DNA of 27,931 bases from the NCBI GenBank assembly GCA_050506795.1, contig JBJHCF010000057.1, forward strand, positions 1 to 27,931, in the 5' to 3' direction. This DNA is from Opitutia bacterium. Its GTDB lineage: Bacteria; Verrucomicrobiota; Verrucomicrobiia; Opitutales; T3Sed10-336. The notes under the pieces are model-generated. The model saw only the letters and a program-made list of their open reading frames with translations. It was not told the origin of the DNA and did not search any database. The translations under genes were made by a program, and so were the position numbers. Of this stretch, positions 9,091-18,268 are shown one piece after another; within the stretch, counting starts at the first letter, position 1; every line of letters begins with the position of its first letter.

Positions 9091-11561
9091 GCGGAAACAA
9101 TACGAAGAGCGTTCGTGTATTGATTGATGGGTATCCGTACAGACAAGTTTATAAGCCAATGGGGGGCCGTGGTCTTTCCGGGAAAATGATTTTGGACGAT
9201 GCGGGTCAAATGCCGCTGTTTGAGCGGGGGAAATGGCCGGCGAGTTGGGTGACCCTGTCCAACCCGTTTGAAGCGCCGGCGGTTCTTGCTTTCCGGCGGG
9301 TTTTCTCCGTGAGCGGAAAGACGCGGTTGCGTGTTCACGTCTCGGCCGATGAGCGTTACGAACTATTCTTGAACGGTGCGCGGGTTGGACGCGGGCCCGA
9401 GCGTGGTGACCCGAACAACTGGTTCTTCGATTCGTACGAGTGGACCCTTCCGGCGGGTGAACATGTGGTGGTGGCAAAGGTATTGGTCCTCGGGCCGGTG
9501 GGCCCGCGGGCTCAAATGAGCCTGGCTCCAGGTTTTCTGTTGTCACCCGAGGAAGAAGAGGGGATTCGCTTGCTTGGAACCGGTGTGGCGGACTGGGAGG
9601 CGAAGGCCGTCGGGGGTTATGCGTTTCACCGGCCGTTCACGCACGATTTCTTCAGTATAGGGTTCAATGTGGAGTTGAGCGGCGGCGGGTATCCTTGGGG
9701 TATCGAGAACGGAACCGGCGAAGGCTGGCTTCCGGTGCGCACGCTACAGCCCGGAGCCGACCCGGAATTTCGGAACCGTTATCCGGCGACCCATTTGCTC
9801 CGGCCGGCGATGCTGCCGGAGCAGATGAGTCGGCCGTTTACAGGCGTGAAGGTGCGGACCATTCAGAAGCCGGTGGAAGGCCTGGATACGGCGGGTGATG
9901 CGGTCCGCCGGGACGCTCAACTCGATTGCGAACGCGAGGATTGGGAGCGACTCATTCAAGGAAAGGGAACGGTAACGGTTGTGACGGGATCTTCCAGGAG
10001 GGTGCTCGTGGAGCTGGAAACGTACCTCTGCGGCTATCCGGAGATCGTCGTTTCGGGTGGGAAAGGCGGCGGCGTTCGCTTACATTGGGCCGAGTCATTG
10101 TACGAACAGGCCGAGGAGTCGAACAAGGGTCGACGTGATGAGGTCGAGGGAAAATTCTTCATAGGCGTTGGGGACACGTTTTTTGCGGAAGGCGGGCAAC
10201 ACCGGTATTTTGAACCGTTTTTATGGAGGGCGGGGCGCTACGTCGAGGTGTTGGTTTGGGCTGGTTCCGAGGACATGATCCTGGAGGGGATTACTCTCCG
10301 GGAAACCCGTTATCCCCTTGAAGCGTACTTTTCATTTTCAGCCAGCGATCCGCGCCTCACTTCCATTGTTCCCATGGCTATCCGGACGATGGAAGTGTCC
10401 GCTCACGACTCGTTCACGGACGGACCCTACTACGAACAGATGTTGTGGGCTGGTGACGGTGTGCAGACTCTGCTTACCCACTTCGTCCTGGGACGGGATA
10501 ATCGGTTGGGGAGAAAATCCTTGAAAATGTTCGAGTCCTCCCGTCTTCCGTCCGGGCTGACCCGGGCTCGTTGGCCGGCGCGGGACACCATGCTCATCCC
10601 TTCCTATTCGCTTTATTGGGTGCAAATGATTCACGAAGTCGCCTATTGGAGGGGTGAGCTCGAATTCGTCAAGAGTATGATGTCCGGAGTGCGGGGGGTG
10701 GTCGATGCATTTCTGCGTTTTCAGAATCGTGACGGTCTGGTTGAGATTTCCCAGGGCTGGAACTTTGTGGACTGGTGTCCGGAATGGCCGAATGGGATTC
10801 CTCCCGGTGCGGATGGCGGAGTGAACGCCACGAACAACTGGCAGTTTGTCTGGGTGCTTTCGATGGTCGCGAATCTTGAGGAGGCCGTAAACGAGCCGGA
10901 GCTCGCAGCCCGTGCGAGACGGCTGGCTGAGGAGCTGGCGGCCCGGACCTTTTTAACTTTCTGGAACGAGGAACGCCGGCTCTTTGCCGACGATGCAGAA
11001 CACACCTCATTTTCCGAGCACGCACAGGCTTTCGCGGTTCTCAGCGGGCGCCTGTCGCCAGAGCGGATGAAGCAAATCGCCCTGGTCGGTGACGAGCACC
11101 TGACGCGCACAACCATTTCGTTCGCCCATTTCCTCTTTGATGCCTATTGGGTGATGGAAAAGCTGGACGCCATGTTTCCGCGCCTTGAATATTGGTATAA
11201 TCTTCCAAAACTCGGGATGATTACTCTGCCGGAAGGCCCGGAGCCTACCCGATCGGATTGCCATAGCTGGGGCGCGCATCCACTGTACCACTATTTCGCC
11301 TCTGTTTTGGGGATTCGGCCCTGTGCTCCGGGATTCAAAAGGGTGGCCATTGCTCCGCAATTGGGTCCGTTGACTTCAGTAGAAGGAGTTCTGCCGCATC
11401 CGAAGGGAGAAATCGCCGTCAAACTGGAAACAGAGGGTTACGATCTGACGGCACAGGTGAGCTTGCCCACAGGTATCCAAGGGGATTTGAAGATTGGGGG
11501 AAAGGTGCATCCGTTGCACGACGGAGAGCAGACGATCCGAATCCAATCGCAGGCTCCTTGA
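9087..11561 (+). CDS. Alpha-L-rhamnosidase-like glycoside hydrolase (GH78), no signal peptide
   Basis: HVSADERYELFLNG..VGRGP N-domain, DGPYYEQMLWAGD, FVDW, PEGPEPTRSDCHSWGAHP, PHPKGEI; ATGA overlap with the upstream stop. Confidence 0.9.
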   Translation: MSGNNTKSVRVLIDGYPYRQVYKPMGGRGLSGKMILDDAGQMPLFERGKWPASWVTLSNPFEAPAVLAFRRVFSVSGKTRLRVHVSADERYELFLNGARVGRGPERGDPNNWFFDSYEWTLPAGEHVVVAKVLVLGPVGPRAQMSLAPGFLLSPEEEEGIRLLGTGVADWEAKAVGGYAFHRPFTHDFFSIGFNVELSGGGYPWGIENGTGEGWLPVRTLQPGADPEFRNRYPATHLLRPAMLPEQMSRPFTGVKVRTIQKPVEGLDTAGDAVRRDAQLDCEREDWERLIQGKGTVTVVTGSSRRVLVELETYLCGYPEIVVSGGKGGGVRLHWAESLYEQAEESNKGRRDEVEGKFFIGVGDTFFAEGGQHRYFEPFLWRAGRYVEVLVWAGSEDMILEGITLRETRYPLEAYFSFSASDPRLTSIVPMAIRTMEVSAHDSFTDGPYYEQMLWAGDGVQTLLTHFVLGRDNRLGRKSLKMFESSRLPSGLTRARWPARDTMLIPSYSLYWVQMIHEVAYWRGELEFVKSMMSGVRGVVDAFLRFQNRDGLVEISQGWNFVDWCPEWPNGIPPGADGGVNATNNWQFVWVLSMVANLEEAVNEPELAARARRLAEELAARTFLTFWNEERRLFADDAEHTSFSEHAQAFAVLSGRLSPERMKQIALVGDEHLTRTTISFAHFLFDAYWVMEKLDAMFPRLEYWYNLPKLGMITLPEGPEPTRSDCHSWGAHPLYHYFASVLGIRPCAPGFKRVAIAPQLGPLTSVEGVLPHPKGEIAVKLETEGYDLTAQVSLPTGIQGDLKIGGKVHPLHDGEQTIRIQSQAP

Positions 11562-11587
11562 GAGCCGTGAGGGTTTTGAGCCGACCA

Positions 11588-11621
11588 TAGGAGTCTGTCG
11601 GACTTCGCCGACAGACTCCTA
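11588..11621. repeat. Perfect 14-bp inverted repeat between convergent genes (collapsed IS/MITE ends and/or bidirectional terminator)
   Basis: TAGGAGTCTGTCGG-ACTTCG-CCGACAGACTCCTA; additional outer arms CGTGAGG (11566-11572) and CCTCACG (11624-11630); no U-tract. Confidence 0.75.
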
Positions 11622-11730
11622 GTCCTCACGCGAAATTGTTGCAGATAAGTTAAGTTTTCGAAATGGAGTTCGAATGTGGCATCGATCCTTCGTGGAATCC
11701 GGCCTTCGCGCCCGACTGAGCTCGCCGAGG

Positions 11731-11809
11731 TCCGGGTCTTAGGATCGGCCCTTCGCCCGATCATCGGCGGAAGCGCCGATGCTACGTTTCGGTCTGAGGC
11801 TTCGCCTTG
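11731..11809 (-). repeat. REP-like double-hairpin element, copy 1
   Basis: Reverse complement reads GTAG-CATCGGCG-CTTC-CGCCGATG-ATCGGGC-GAAG-GGCCGAT; homologous to 24657-24734. Confidence 0.75.
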
Positions 11810-11818
11810 CTGGAGGGT

Positions 11819-14800
11819 TCACATTGTCACCTTTGCCCTGATGAAGACACGGTTAGATGTTTCGTCGGAGGCCGAAAACGTGCGGTATTCCCAATCAGTG
11901 CCGTCCAAATCGGGGAGGGCACTGCCGGCCGGAGGGAGGTCGGAAGATCCCAAATCGTTTACCACGGTATTCCATTTTCCGAGAGCCATGCCGGCCTCGA
12001 CCTTGTACCCAACGCCGTCTATTTCGGCGGAAACCTGCTTTGCCCCGTCGGCATCGAACACGGCACCCCGCCGTACGGCCAGGGTAAAGCGAAGTTCCGT
12101 AACACCGCCGTCGGCGACCTTCACCTCGGTAAAGAACAGTCCGTTGTCCGCGGCATCGAGGGGATCTCCGTTGAACGCGAATTCGCCGAGATTCTTGGTA
12201 CCGGAACGATCCGCGTCGATATCGGGCGCGCTGGTGTTTTGGGGCAAACCGCGAATGACGGCCCAACTCTCGTAAGCGGACAGGACAAGCAGCTCCCCCG
12301 CGGTGAATTCATCGCTGAAATCCGATGCATTGCCGAGCTCGTCGATCGCGATGACTCGGTAATAATAGTTCTGCTGGGGATCCACGTCATCATCCCGGTA
12401 ACCGGTCGATAGTGTAATATTCATTTGCTCGTAGGGACCGTCCGGACTGGTGGCGCGGTAGATCCCGTAACCCGTCACGCTGTTGGCCGCCACGGGATCC
12501 CAGCTCAAAGCGACATCGCCGCCCTGGGTTTTCGCGGCGCTCACACCCTCCGGAACGGCGGGACCGGAGTCGGCCGCTCCGGTCATCACCAACACGGGCC
12601 GGTCTTCGGGATTATTGGATTCTCTGGAATGGTAGCGCACCAAATCGGGACCTTTTGAAATCAACACCGTAGAAAACATCTGATTCCCGGTCAAATCGCT
12701 TGCGACTTGCGCCGTTACATCGAACTCGATCCATGCGCCCGGTTCCGGTACCACTCCTGAGGCCAACGCGTCGCCTGTTGCCGGTCTATTGTTCCATGTG
12801 ATGCCCGATTCACTCCAAGTGTCATCCGCAACGGCATGAGCGGTATGGATGTCGCCGCTGCCGGTACTGGAGTCCAGCTTTAAGCGAAGGAGCACGGAAG
12901 CGGGAGCTTCCGAAAGCGAAGACAGATCAAAACGCAGGTAGGATTTGCGCGTGAATCGTTCCTGGGCCGGATCGGTTTTGACCTGAAGTTCGGAGGATGA
13001 TCCAAAGTTTTGATTTGCTCCATCGCCTCCCCTGACGTATGCATCCGCCTCCGGCGTGAGGATCGTTCCCTCAACCTGGACTGAAATCGGGTTGCTGAAG
13101 GCCGATTCATTTCCATCTTTGTCAGTGGATGTCACCACGTAGTGATAAGTCTGGCCGGCCGTAATCTCGCGATCCACATAATCACTGATTTGGGTTCGCA
13201 CCTGCCGAAGAAAAGGACCATTGGGGTTGGAACTTCGGTAAACCCCATAAGCGGCTGCTTCGGGGACCTCCGACCAGTCGAGAAACACTCCGCCCCCGGT
13301 TGCGGAGCCCTCCAGCGCCGGCGCGTCCGGCGGTGTGGATGCCTGACTGACGGGCGGCTGTTCTTCGGGATAATCAGGCGGCGCTGCAAAGGTGACGCTG
13401 GAGCCGCCATCCGCATCGACAAAGTCGGCGAGGTCCCGTATGTTGCCGTTCCGCCTCGAAGCGCCGAACAGCCACGCGCTGCTGTCGCTGCGGAGGGTCA
13501 GGATATCTTCGCTCATATCCGTCCATTGAACGCCGTCAAAATAAACATCCTCCGCACCGGAATTCGCTATAACCCTCATGTTGTTCAATTCGCTGTTTTT
13601 GAACACCACCCCGAGCGGACGGCTCAACCACATATCATTATGGCGCCCTCCGATGAACGTGTTCTCCACCACCACGTCCCTCGCTCTCGGGGTCCCCAGT
13701 GAATCGTTCCATTCCAAATGGAAAAAGAACTCCTCGAAATGATTGTTCTCGAACCGCATATCCGTACCGCGAAGCCGGGTCGTTCCTGCTTTGGTGCCGA
13801 CACTGCTGGTGCGGTTGTTGCGGACAAGTGTGCCCCGGTTCAGGCTTTCCTCGTGCAACACAATATCGTTCGGGGTCACTCCGCTCGGAATTGACTCGAA
13901 AGTCACTTCGAAAGTTCCCGGCCCGACGTTCCTCGCACTGATGACTCGACCCATTCCGCGCAGCGCTCCCTGGTTGGGCGTCCAGAAGCTTGCCCAATCG
14001 CCGCGTTGCCAAAGAAAGGCCTCAGGGTCCTGGAAAGACGGCCTCAAGGTTACGACATTCTCCGAATCGGAAGCGGAAACGACCACTTGTCTTCTCGAAA
14101 AGATCGCGAAGAGATCGTCGTACATCGCGGCGCCATCCCAGTCTGCCTCTTCGACCAGAATTCCCCAGCGTCCGTTCTTGATATGCATTCCGTCGCGCCA
14201 GCTTGCCAGCAATTCGGTCTCCGGATCTTTAACGCTTAGATTGACATTCGACAACGTAACGGGACCGTGGTTGCTAATTATCGACTGCCAGAAATGTCCC
14301 ATCGTGGAGTAGTAAAGATTGCTTAGCGTGACCCGTGAGCTTCGAATAATTCTTGTGTTTCCATTTCGATGGCCATAATCGAAGTGGGGTACGACAAATT
14401 CCGTGGCGTTGTTTTGATAGGCAACCTCAACCCGGGGAAACATGGGTGCAGAACCGATCATATCCGGCACCTGGATGCGAATATGTCGCGGATTGCCTCC
14501 AATGGTGCTGGTCGATTCGACGTAAATATTGGCAGGCCCCCAACCGCTACGCGCGTCGGGTCCGTCGGGAATGAAAGCCCGCCCGAAAAAGGGTCCCTGC
14601 CCGCCGGCCGTGGTTGCGAAATTTTCCACCACCCCGACCCTTGGGGCCGGATAACGATCCGGAACCAGGATATCGATGGTCATATTGTCGAGATTGATGT
14701 CCGTGATATCGCCCTGATAGTAGGGGATCGGGTCGTAGCTGATCGTAAAGCCGTCCACTTGAATATTCTCAGCATTCTCGATTCTTGCGAACGCATCAGG

Positions 14801-15529
14801 GGGATGAAGCAAAATATGCGCTCCATTGCCCTCCACCTTGATATTGGCTGCGCCTTCCAGGTCGATCAGAGTTTCCACAGTGAGGTTATCCTGGCCGATG
14901 GCTCGATACGTTCGAGTGCCGTCAAACCGCACGATTCCGCCCCCCGCAGCCTTGGCCGCTTCCACTGCCGCCCGTATCGCCTGAAAGTCGTCGGTCGTCC
15001 CGTTCCCAACCGCTCCAAAGTCCGGGTCATGCACATCGAAAACCGGTAGTCCCTCAAAATTCGATGTCGTGATGGCAACTTCATAGCCCATCCGGTACCT
15101 GCCGCCGTCGGGGGTCACCTTGACCGTCAGGCTGTCGTCCGCGCCAAGCCCTTCGATTCGGCTCTCGAAACGGGTCACTTCGCCGGCGGGGGCATGCACC
15201 GCCTTAACCCGTTCGTCGCCGTTTCTGAAGATCTCGAGCGCCACGTTGTCGCCCGATTCGACTTGAATCCAGGCGATCCCCACCTGGTAATCGCCCGCCT
15301 GCCTGATCTCATGGGTCCAACTGCGCGCCTTGCCGGTGGTTGTTTGTTCGACCTTAAACCACAGGGCGCCGTCGTCCGTCCAGCTCGAAGGGGTCGCGTC
15401 AAACGTCCCGCCGGTGGCGCGGGTATCCAAAAGCACGGAATCCGATCCGCGCGGTGCCGAGTAAATCGAGCCGGTGAAGAGCACTATCAGGTAAATGGCT
15501 AGTGGTATTGGGATTGAATTACGCTTCAT
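11819..15529 (-). CDS. Multimodular secreted beta-helix glycoside hydrolase (GH110-like) with FN3, DNRLRE/CBM96-like, FN3 and Verrucomicrobia-type C-terminal domains
   Basis: Signal peptide; FGAVGNGTTDDFQAIRAA cap; YDPIPYYQG; WRDGMH...MYDD; FN3 (LDWSEV..YGVYRS..YHYVVTS); ADAYVRGG..NFG..RKSYLRFDLS; YESWA..DADRSGTKNLGEFAFNGDP..FIRAKVT. Confidence 0.85.
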   Translation of the reverse strand: MKRNSIPIPLAIYLIVLFTGSIYSAPRGSDSVLLDTRATGGTFDATPSSWTDDGALWFKVEQTTTGKARSWTHEIRQAGDYQVGIAWIQVESGDNVALEIFRNGDERVKAVHAPAGEVTRFESRIEGLGADDSLTVKVTPDGGRYRMGYEVAITTSNFEGLPVFDVHDPDFGAVGNGTTDDFQAIRAAVEAAKAAGGGIVRFDGTRTYRAIGQDNLTVETLIDLEGAANIKVEGNGAHILLHPPDAFARIENAENIQVDGFTISYDPIPYYQGDITDINLDNMTIDILVPDRYPAPRVGVVENFATTAGGQGPFFGRAFIPDGPDARSGWGPANIYVESTSTIGGNPRHIRIQVPDMIGSAPMFPRVEVAYQNNATEFVVPHFDYGHRNGNTRIIRSSRVTLSNLYYSTMGHFWQSIISNHGPVTLSNVNLSVKDPETELLASWRDGMHIKNGRWGILVEEADWDGAAMYDDLFAIFSRRQVVVSASDSENVVTLRPSFQDPEAFLWQRGDWASFWTPNQGALRGMGRVISARNVGPGTFEVTFESIPSGVTPNDIVLHEESLNRGTLVRNNRTSSVGTKAGTTRLRGTDMRFENNHFEEFFFHLEWNDSLGTPRARDVVVENTFIGGRHNDMWLSRPLGVVFKNSELNNMRVIANSGAEDVYFDGVQWTDMSEDILTLRSDSSAWLFGASRRNGNIRDLADFVDADGGSSVTFAAPPDYPEEQPPVSQASTPPDAPALEGSATGGGVFLDWSEVPEAAAYGVYRSSNPNGPFLRQVRTQISDYVDREITAGQTYHYVVTSTDKDGNESAFSNPISVQVEGTILTPEADAYVRGGDGANQNFGSSSELQVKTDPAQERFTRKSYLRFDLSSLSEAPASVLLRLKLDSSTGSGDIHTAHAVADDTWSESGITWNNRPATGDALASGVVPEPGAWIEFDVTAQVASDLTGNQMFSTVLISKGPDLVRYHSRESNNPEDRPVLVMTGAADSGPAVPEGVSAAKTQGGDVALSWDPVAANSVTGYGIYRATSPDGPYEQMNITLSTGYRDDDVDPQQNYYYRVIAIDELGNASDFSDEFTAGELLVLSAYESWAVIRGLPQNTSAPDIDADRSGTKNLGEFAFNGDPLDAADNGLFFTEVKVADGGVTELRFTLAVRRGAVFDADGAKQVSAEIDGVGYKVEAGMALGKWNTVVNDLGSSDLPPAGSALPDLDGTDWEYRTFSASDETSNRVFIRAKVTM

Positions 15530-15547
15530 GAGTACCTATCGTTAGGA

Positions 15548-17908
15548 TCACCGGTTACCACCATCCGCCTCGAATGTGTACCGCCCGGGATCAAAGGACT
15601 CGTTGATATCACCCCAGCGTACGTCGGCCACGGTACCCTCCGGCACTTTCAACTCCATGGCGAGCCGGTCCGAACCCACCCGCCTGGCGGTGAATTCAAT
15701 CGGGCCGTGGGGTGTGGGCACCGTGGTGGACACTCGCTCCAATGGTCCCAATTGCGGCCTGACCGAAAAGCGCTCGAAGCCCGGCTCGGAGGGTTCGATC
15801 CCCGCCATGTATCGGTGCATCAGCGTAAGCGGTCCGCCGGACCAGGCGTGGTTGTAGGTCCCGAACCCGGGCTGATCGCCGCCTTCCGGGCCAAAATGCT
15901 CCCAAAGCGTCGTATAGTCATCGTCCAGCATGGGGCCGTAGCGCAGCAGCATGCGTTCGATCCCAGCCTCGGGCTTTCCCATGAGAAAAAACGATTCCAA
16001 CACGAACTTTTCCATGTAAGGGCTGGCATGGCGGGTGGTTTGTAGAAAACGGGCAATGGCCGGATAATACTCGGGTTCCGCCAGCCCGGCTACCACGGCC
16101 ATGGCGTTGGCGCGATCGTCCGTTTCGTCCTCATAGTCCGGACTGCGGTAATATTCGCCCTGCCAGAAGGTGGCATTGAATGCGGCTTCAATCCCTGCCA
16201 TGACCTCGCGGTATTCCGCCGCGTCCGTCGGCTTGCCCAGAAGATCGGCCATCTCCGCCGCACCACGCAGGGCCAAATGGAAAATCGCGTTCTCGATGAT
16301 CGGCACATCCTTGTTCGTCCCCCAGTCAGTCCAATTCCAATCCCCGGGGCGATGACGCACCAGACCATCCGGATCAATCTCCCAGATCGAAAGATACCTT
16401 CTCACCGCCGGATAGACCTCCCGGATCGTCTCCACATCGCCGGTGTACCGGTAGTAATGCCAGAATCCGTAATATCCGATACTCAAGAGCATCTGTCTCG
16501 GCAACTCCCGGTCCCAGGTGCCGTCTCCGAGATTCACCCGTTCGTCGCCTTCCGGAATCCCGGCGGGAACCGGCGAATACAGTACATCATCCTCCCGTTG
16601 CCAGGCCGCCAGTTCGAGAATTCCTTTGCGCGCCAGGAGGGGTCCCTGTACCGGATCCAGGGCGTAAAAAGCCTGGGCAAGCTGGATGACGACATCCCCC
16701 CACCATTGGGCGCGCTCGCGTTCCGGACAATCCATGTAGGTGTCCCGCATGTTGATCAGAAGCGTCCGCAATGATTGTTCCCAGAGCGCGTTCACGCGAG
16801 GATTGTCGGACTCGAAACTTCCGGAGATTTCCGCGTCATAACCGGTTTCCCGATACCCCAACTCGTGCACGGTCACGCCCTCCGGCAGGAAATAGCGCAC
16901 CTCGTGGCCGTTCAGCCAGCCCGGAAATTCGAAATCCTGCCTCCCCTCCCGGGTCACGTATTCGGCTCGAAGGAACATGTCTCTTCCATTGGTCAGGAGG
17001 TCGGTTTGTACGTGAATCGTCAATCCCGCCGGAGCGGTGATCGACAAATAGGGGTGGACATGGGCGTTGTAGGGTAACTCTCCCACCAGAATTCGGTCGG
17101 GCTGCTCGGACATGTCTCCTTCGCGTTGACTCCAGATATCGCGACTGCGGCCATCAAGGTCCGATTCCCGGATCTCGCGCACCGACACATAGTCGCGGCG
17201 CCCATAGTCTTTCCACTGCGGAATCGGACGTTCCACCAACTCCCCCCAGGGCGGGTCGGAGGCTTCGCCCAACTCCGTCGCCGGCGCCCAACCGTCCAAT
17301 TCAACATCAGTCTGCCAGCCGGGCAGCGCTTCACGGGCATCGTACCGGATATTCCCTTCCGGCAAACGATAGTTCGGACCGGGATCATCGGCGTTGTGGT
17401 AGGCCGGATGCCGGCGAACAAGCCAGTCCGAGTCACTCCGCAACACAAGTTCCTTCGTCCCGCCATCCACAAGCAATCCGATCTTGCCGCTGTCGTTGTG
17501 GGAAAACCCATGCTTGCCGAAGTGCCAGACCAATATGGCTATGGCATTGTCGCCCGTATAGAGCCAATCGGCGATATCCACGACATCATAGTAGCTTCCG
17601 GTGCGAGTCGGTCCCCGCTTGAGGCCGCCTTCGAGCACAACGAGATCTCCATTGATCCACAGCCAGTATTTCGAGTCACAGGCGATCTTCACGGGAAACG
17701 AACCCGGCGCCTCGTCCACCGAAAGGGTTTCCCGAAAGCACCACCACGAACTCCGCCGCTCGGATTCGGCGACGGTTTCCGGGCCGATCCACCGGCCGCT
17801 CCAATCGGCAGCCGAAGCGGCAACAGTGCCCGATACGAAAGCCAGGCAAAAGGGAAGGGACTTCAGGAGAGTGAGTAAATTCGATAGCTTCATAATGCTT
17901 TCGTTCAT
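15548..17908 (-). CDS. Secreted alpha-L-rhamnosidase-like glycoside hydrolase (GH78)
   Basis: Signal peptide ending ASA-AD; IACDSKYWLWING, YMDCPERERAQWWGD, WTDWG, TLWEHF, NHAWSGGP, PTPHGPI. Confidence 0.9.
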   Translation of the reverse strand: MNESIMKLSNLLTLLKSLPFCLAFVSGTVAASAADWSGRWIGPETVAESERRSSWWCFRETLSVDEAPGSFPVKIACDSKYWLWINGDLVVLEGGLKRGPTRTGSYYDVVDIADWLYTGDNAIAILVWHFGKHGFSHNDSGKIGLLVDGGTKELVLRSDSDWLVRRHPAYHNADDPGPNYRLPEGNIRYDAREALPGWQTDVELDGWAPATELGEASDPPWGELVERPIPQWKDYGRRDYVSVREIRESDLDGRSRDIWSQREGDMSEQPDRILVGELPYNAHVHPYLSITAPAGLTIHVQTDLLTNGRDMFLRAEYVTREGRQDFEFPGWLNGHEVRYFLPEGVTVHELGYRETGYDAEISGSFESDNPRVNALWEQSLRTLLINMRDTYMDCPERERAQWWGDVVIQLAQAFYALDPVQGPLLARKGILELAAWQREDDVLYSPVPAGIPEGDERVNLGDGTWDRELPRQMLLSIGYYGFWHYYRYTGDVETIREVYPAVRRYLSIWEIDPDGLVRHRPGDWNWTDWGTNKDVPIIENAIFHLALRGAAEMADLLGKPTDAAEYREVMAGIEAAFNATFWQGEYYRSPDYEDETDDRANAMAVVAGLAEPEYYPAIARFLQTTRHASPYMEKFVLESFFLMGKPEAGIERMLLRYGPMLDDDYTTLWEHFGPEGGDQPGFGTYNHAWSGGPLTLMHRYMAGIEPSEPGFERFSVRPQLGPLERVSTTVPTPHGPIEFTARRVGSDRLAMELKVPEGTVADVRWGDINESFDPGRYTFEADGGNR

Positions 17909-17944
17909 GATTTGAGCGTTGGAATTATGTTCAAATCCTTCCTT

Positions 17945-18268
17945 TGAACCTTATCGGTAAACTTGAAACGCTTTCGGCTCTCAAATCGCCGCAGTCGCGC
18001 TTTTTCGTCGGCCTGTTGGAACCGGTACCTCCGTTGACCCCGGTTACAATGTAATCCCTGGCTGATCGTCGCTTCGGGACGATTAACGCATTCGGCGATA
18101 GCATTTTGCGCATATCCCTCTTTAGTCATTCGCTCCATTGTATATCGTTCTTCTCGAGTTAGGTGCTAGTATTGTTTCATCGCAAGAGAGCCTCTCGCGA
18201 AAGTGAGTGAGCTTGCAAGCACCTAACTCACTTTCTGTCAATCTCTTGTACTTTGGGGTTGAATTCGC
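17945..18268 (-). mobile_element. IS30-family remnant: left end plus truncated transposase HTH pseudogene
   Basis: From ATG 18180: MKQY*HLTREERYTMERMTKEGYAQNAIAECVNRPEATISQGLHCNRGQRRYRFQQA, an IS30-type N-terminal HTH with a premature TAG. IS30-like IR TTGTACTTTGGGGTTGAATTCGC at 18246-18268; no DDE domain. Confidence 0.8.

Noticed and set aside
17911..17926. TTTGAGCGTTGGAATT resembles TTTGACGCTTGGAATT near 24504-24519
   Set aside because: 13/16 match in different contexts; compatible with chance
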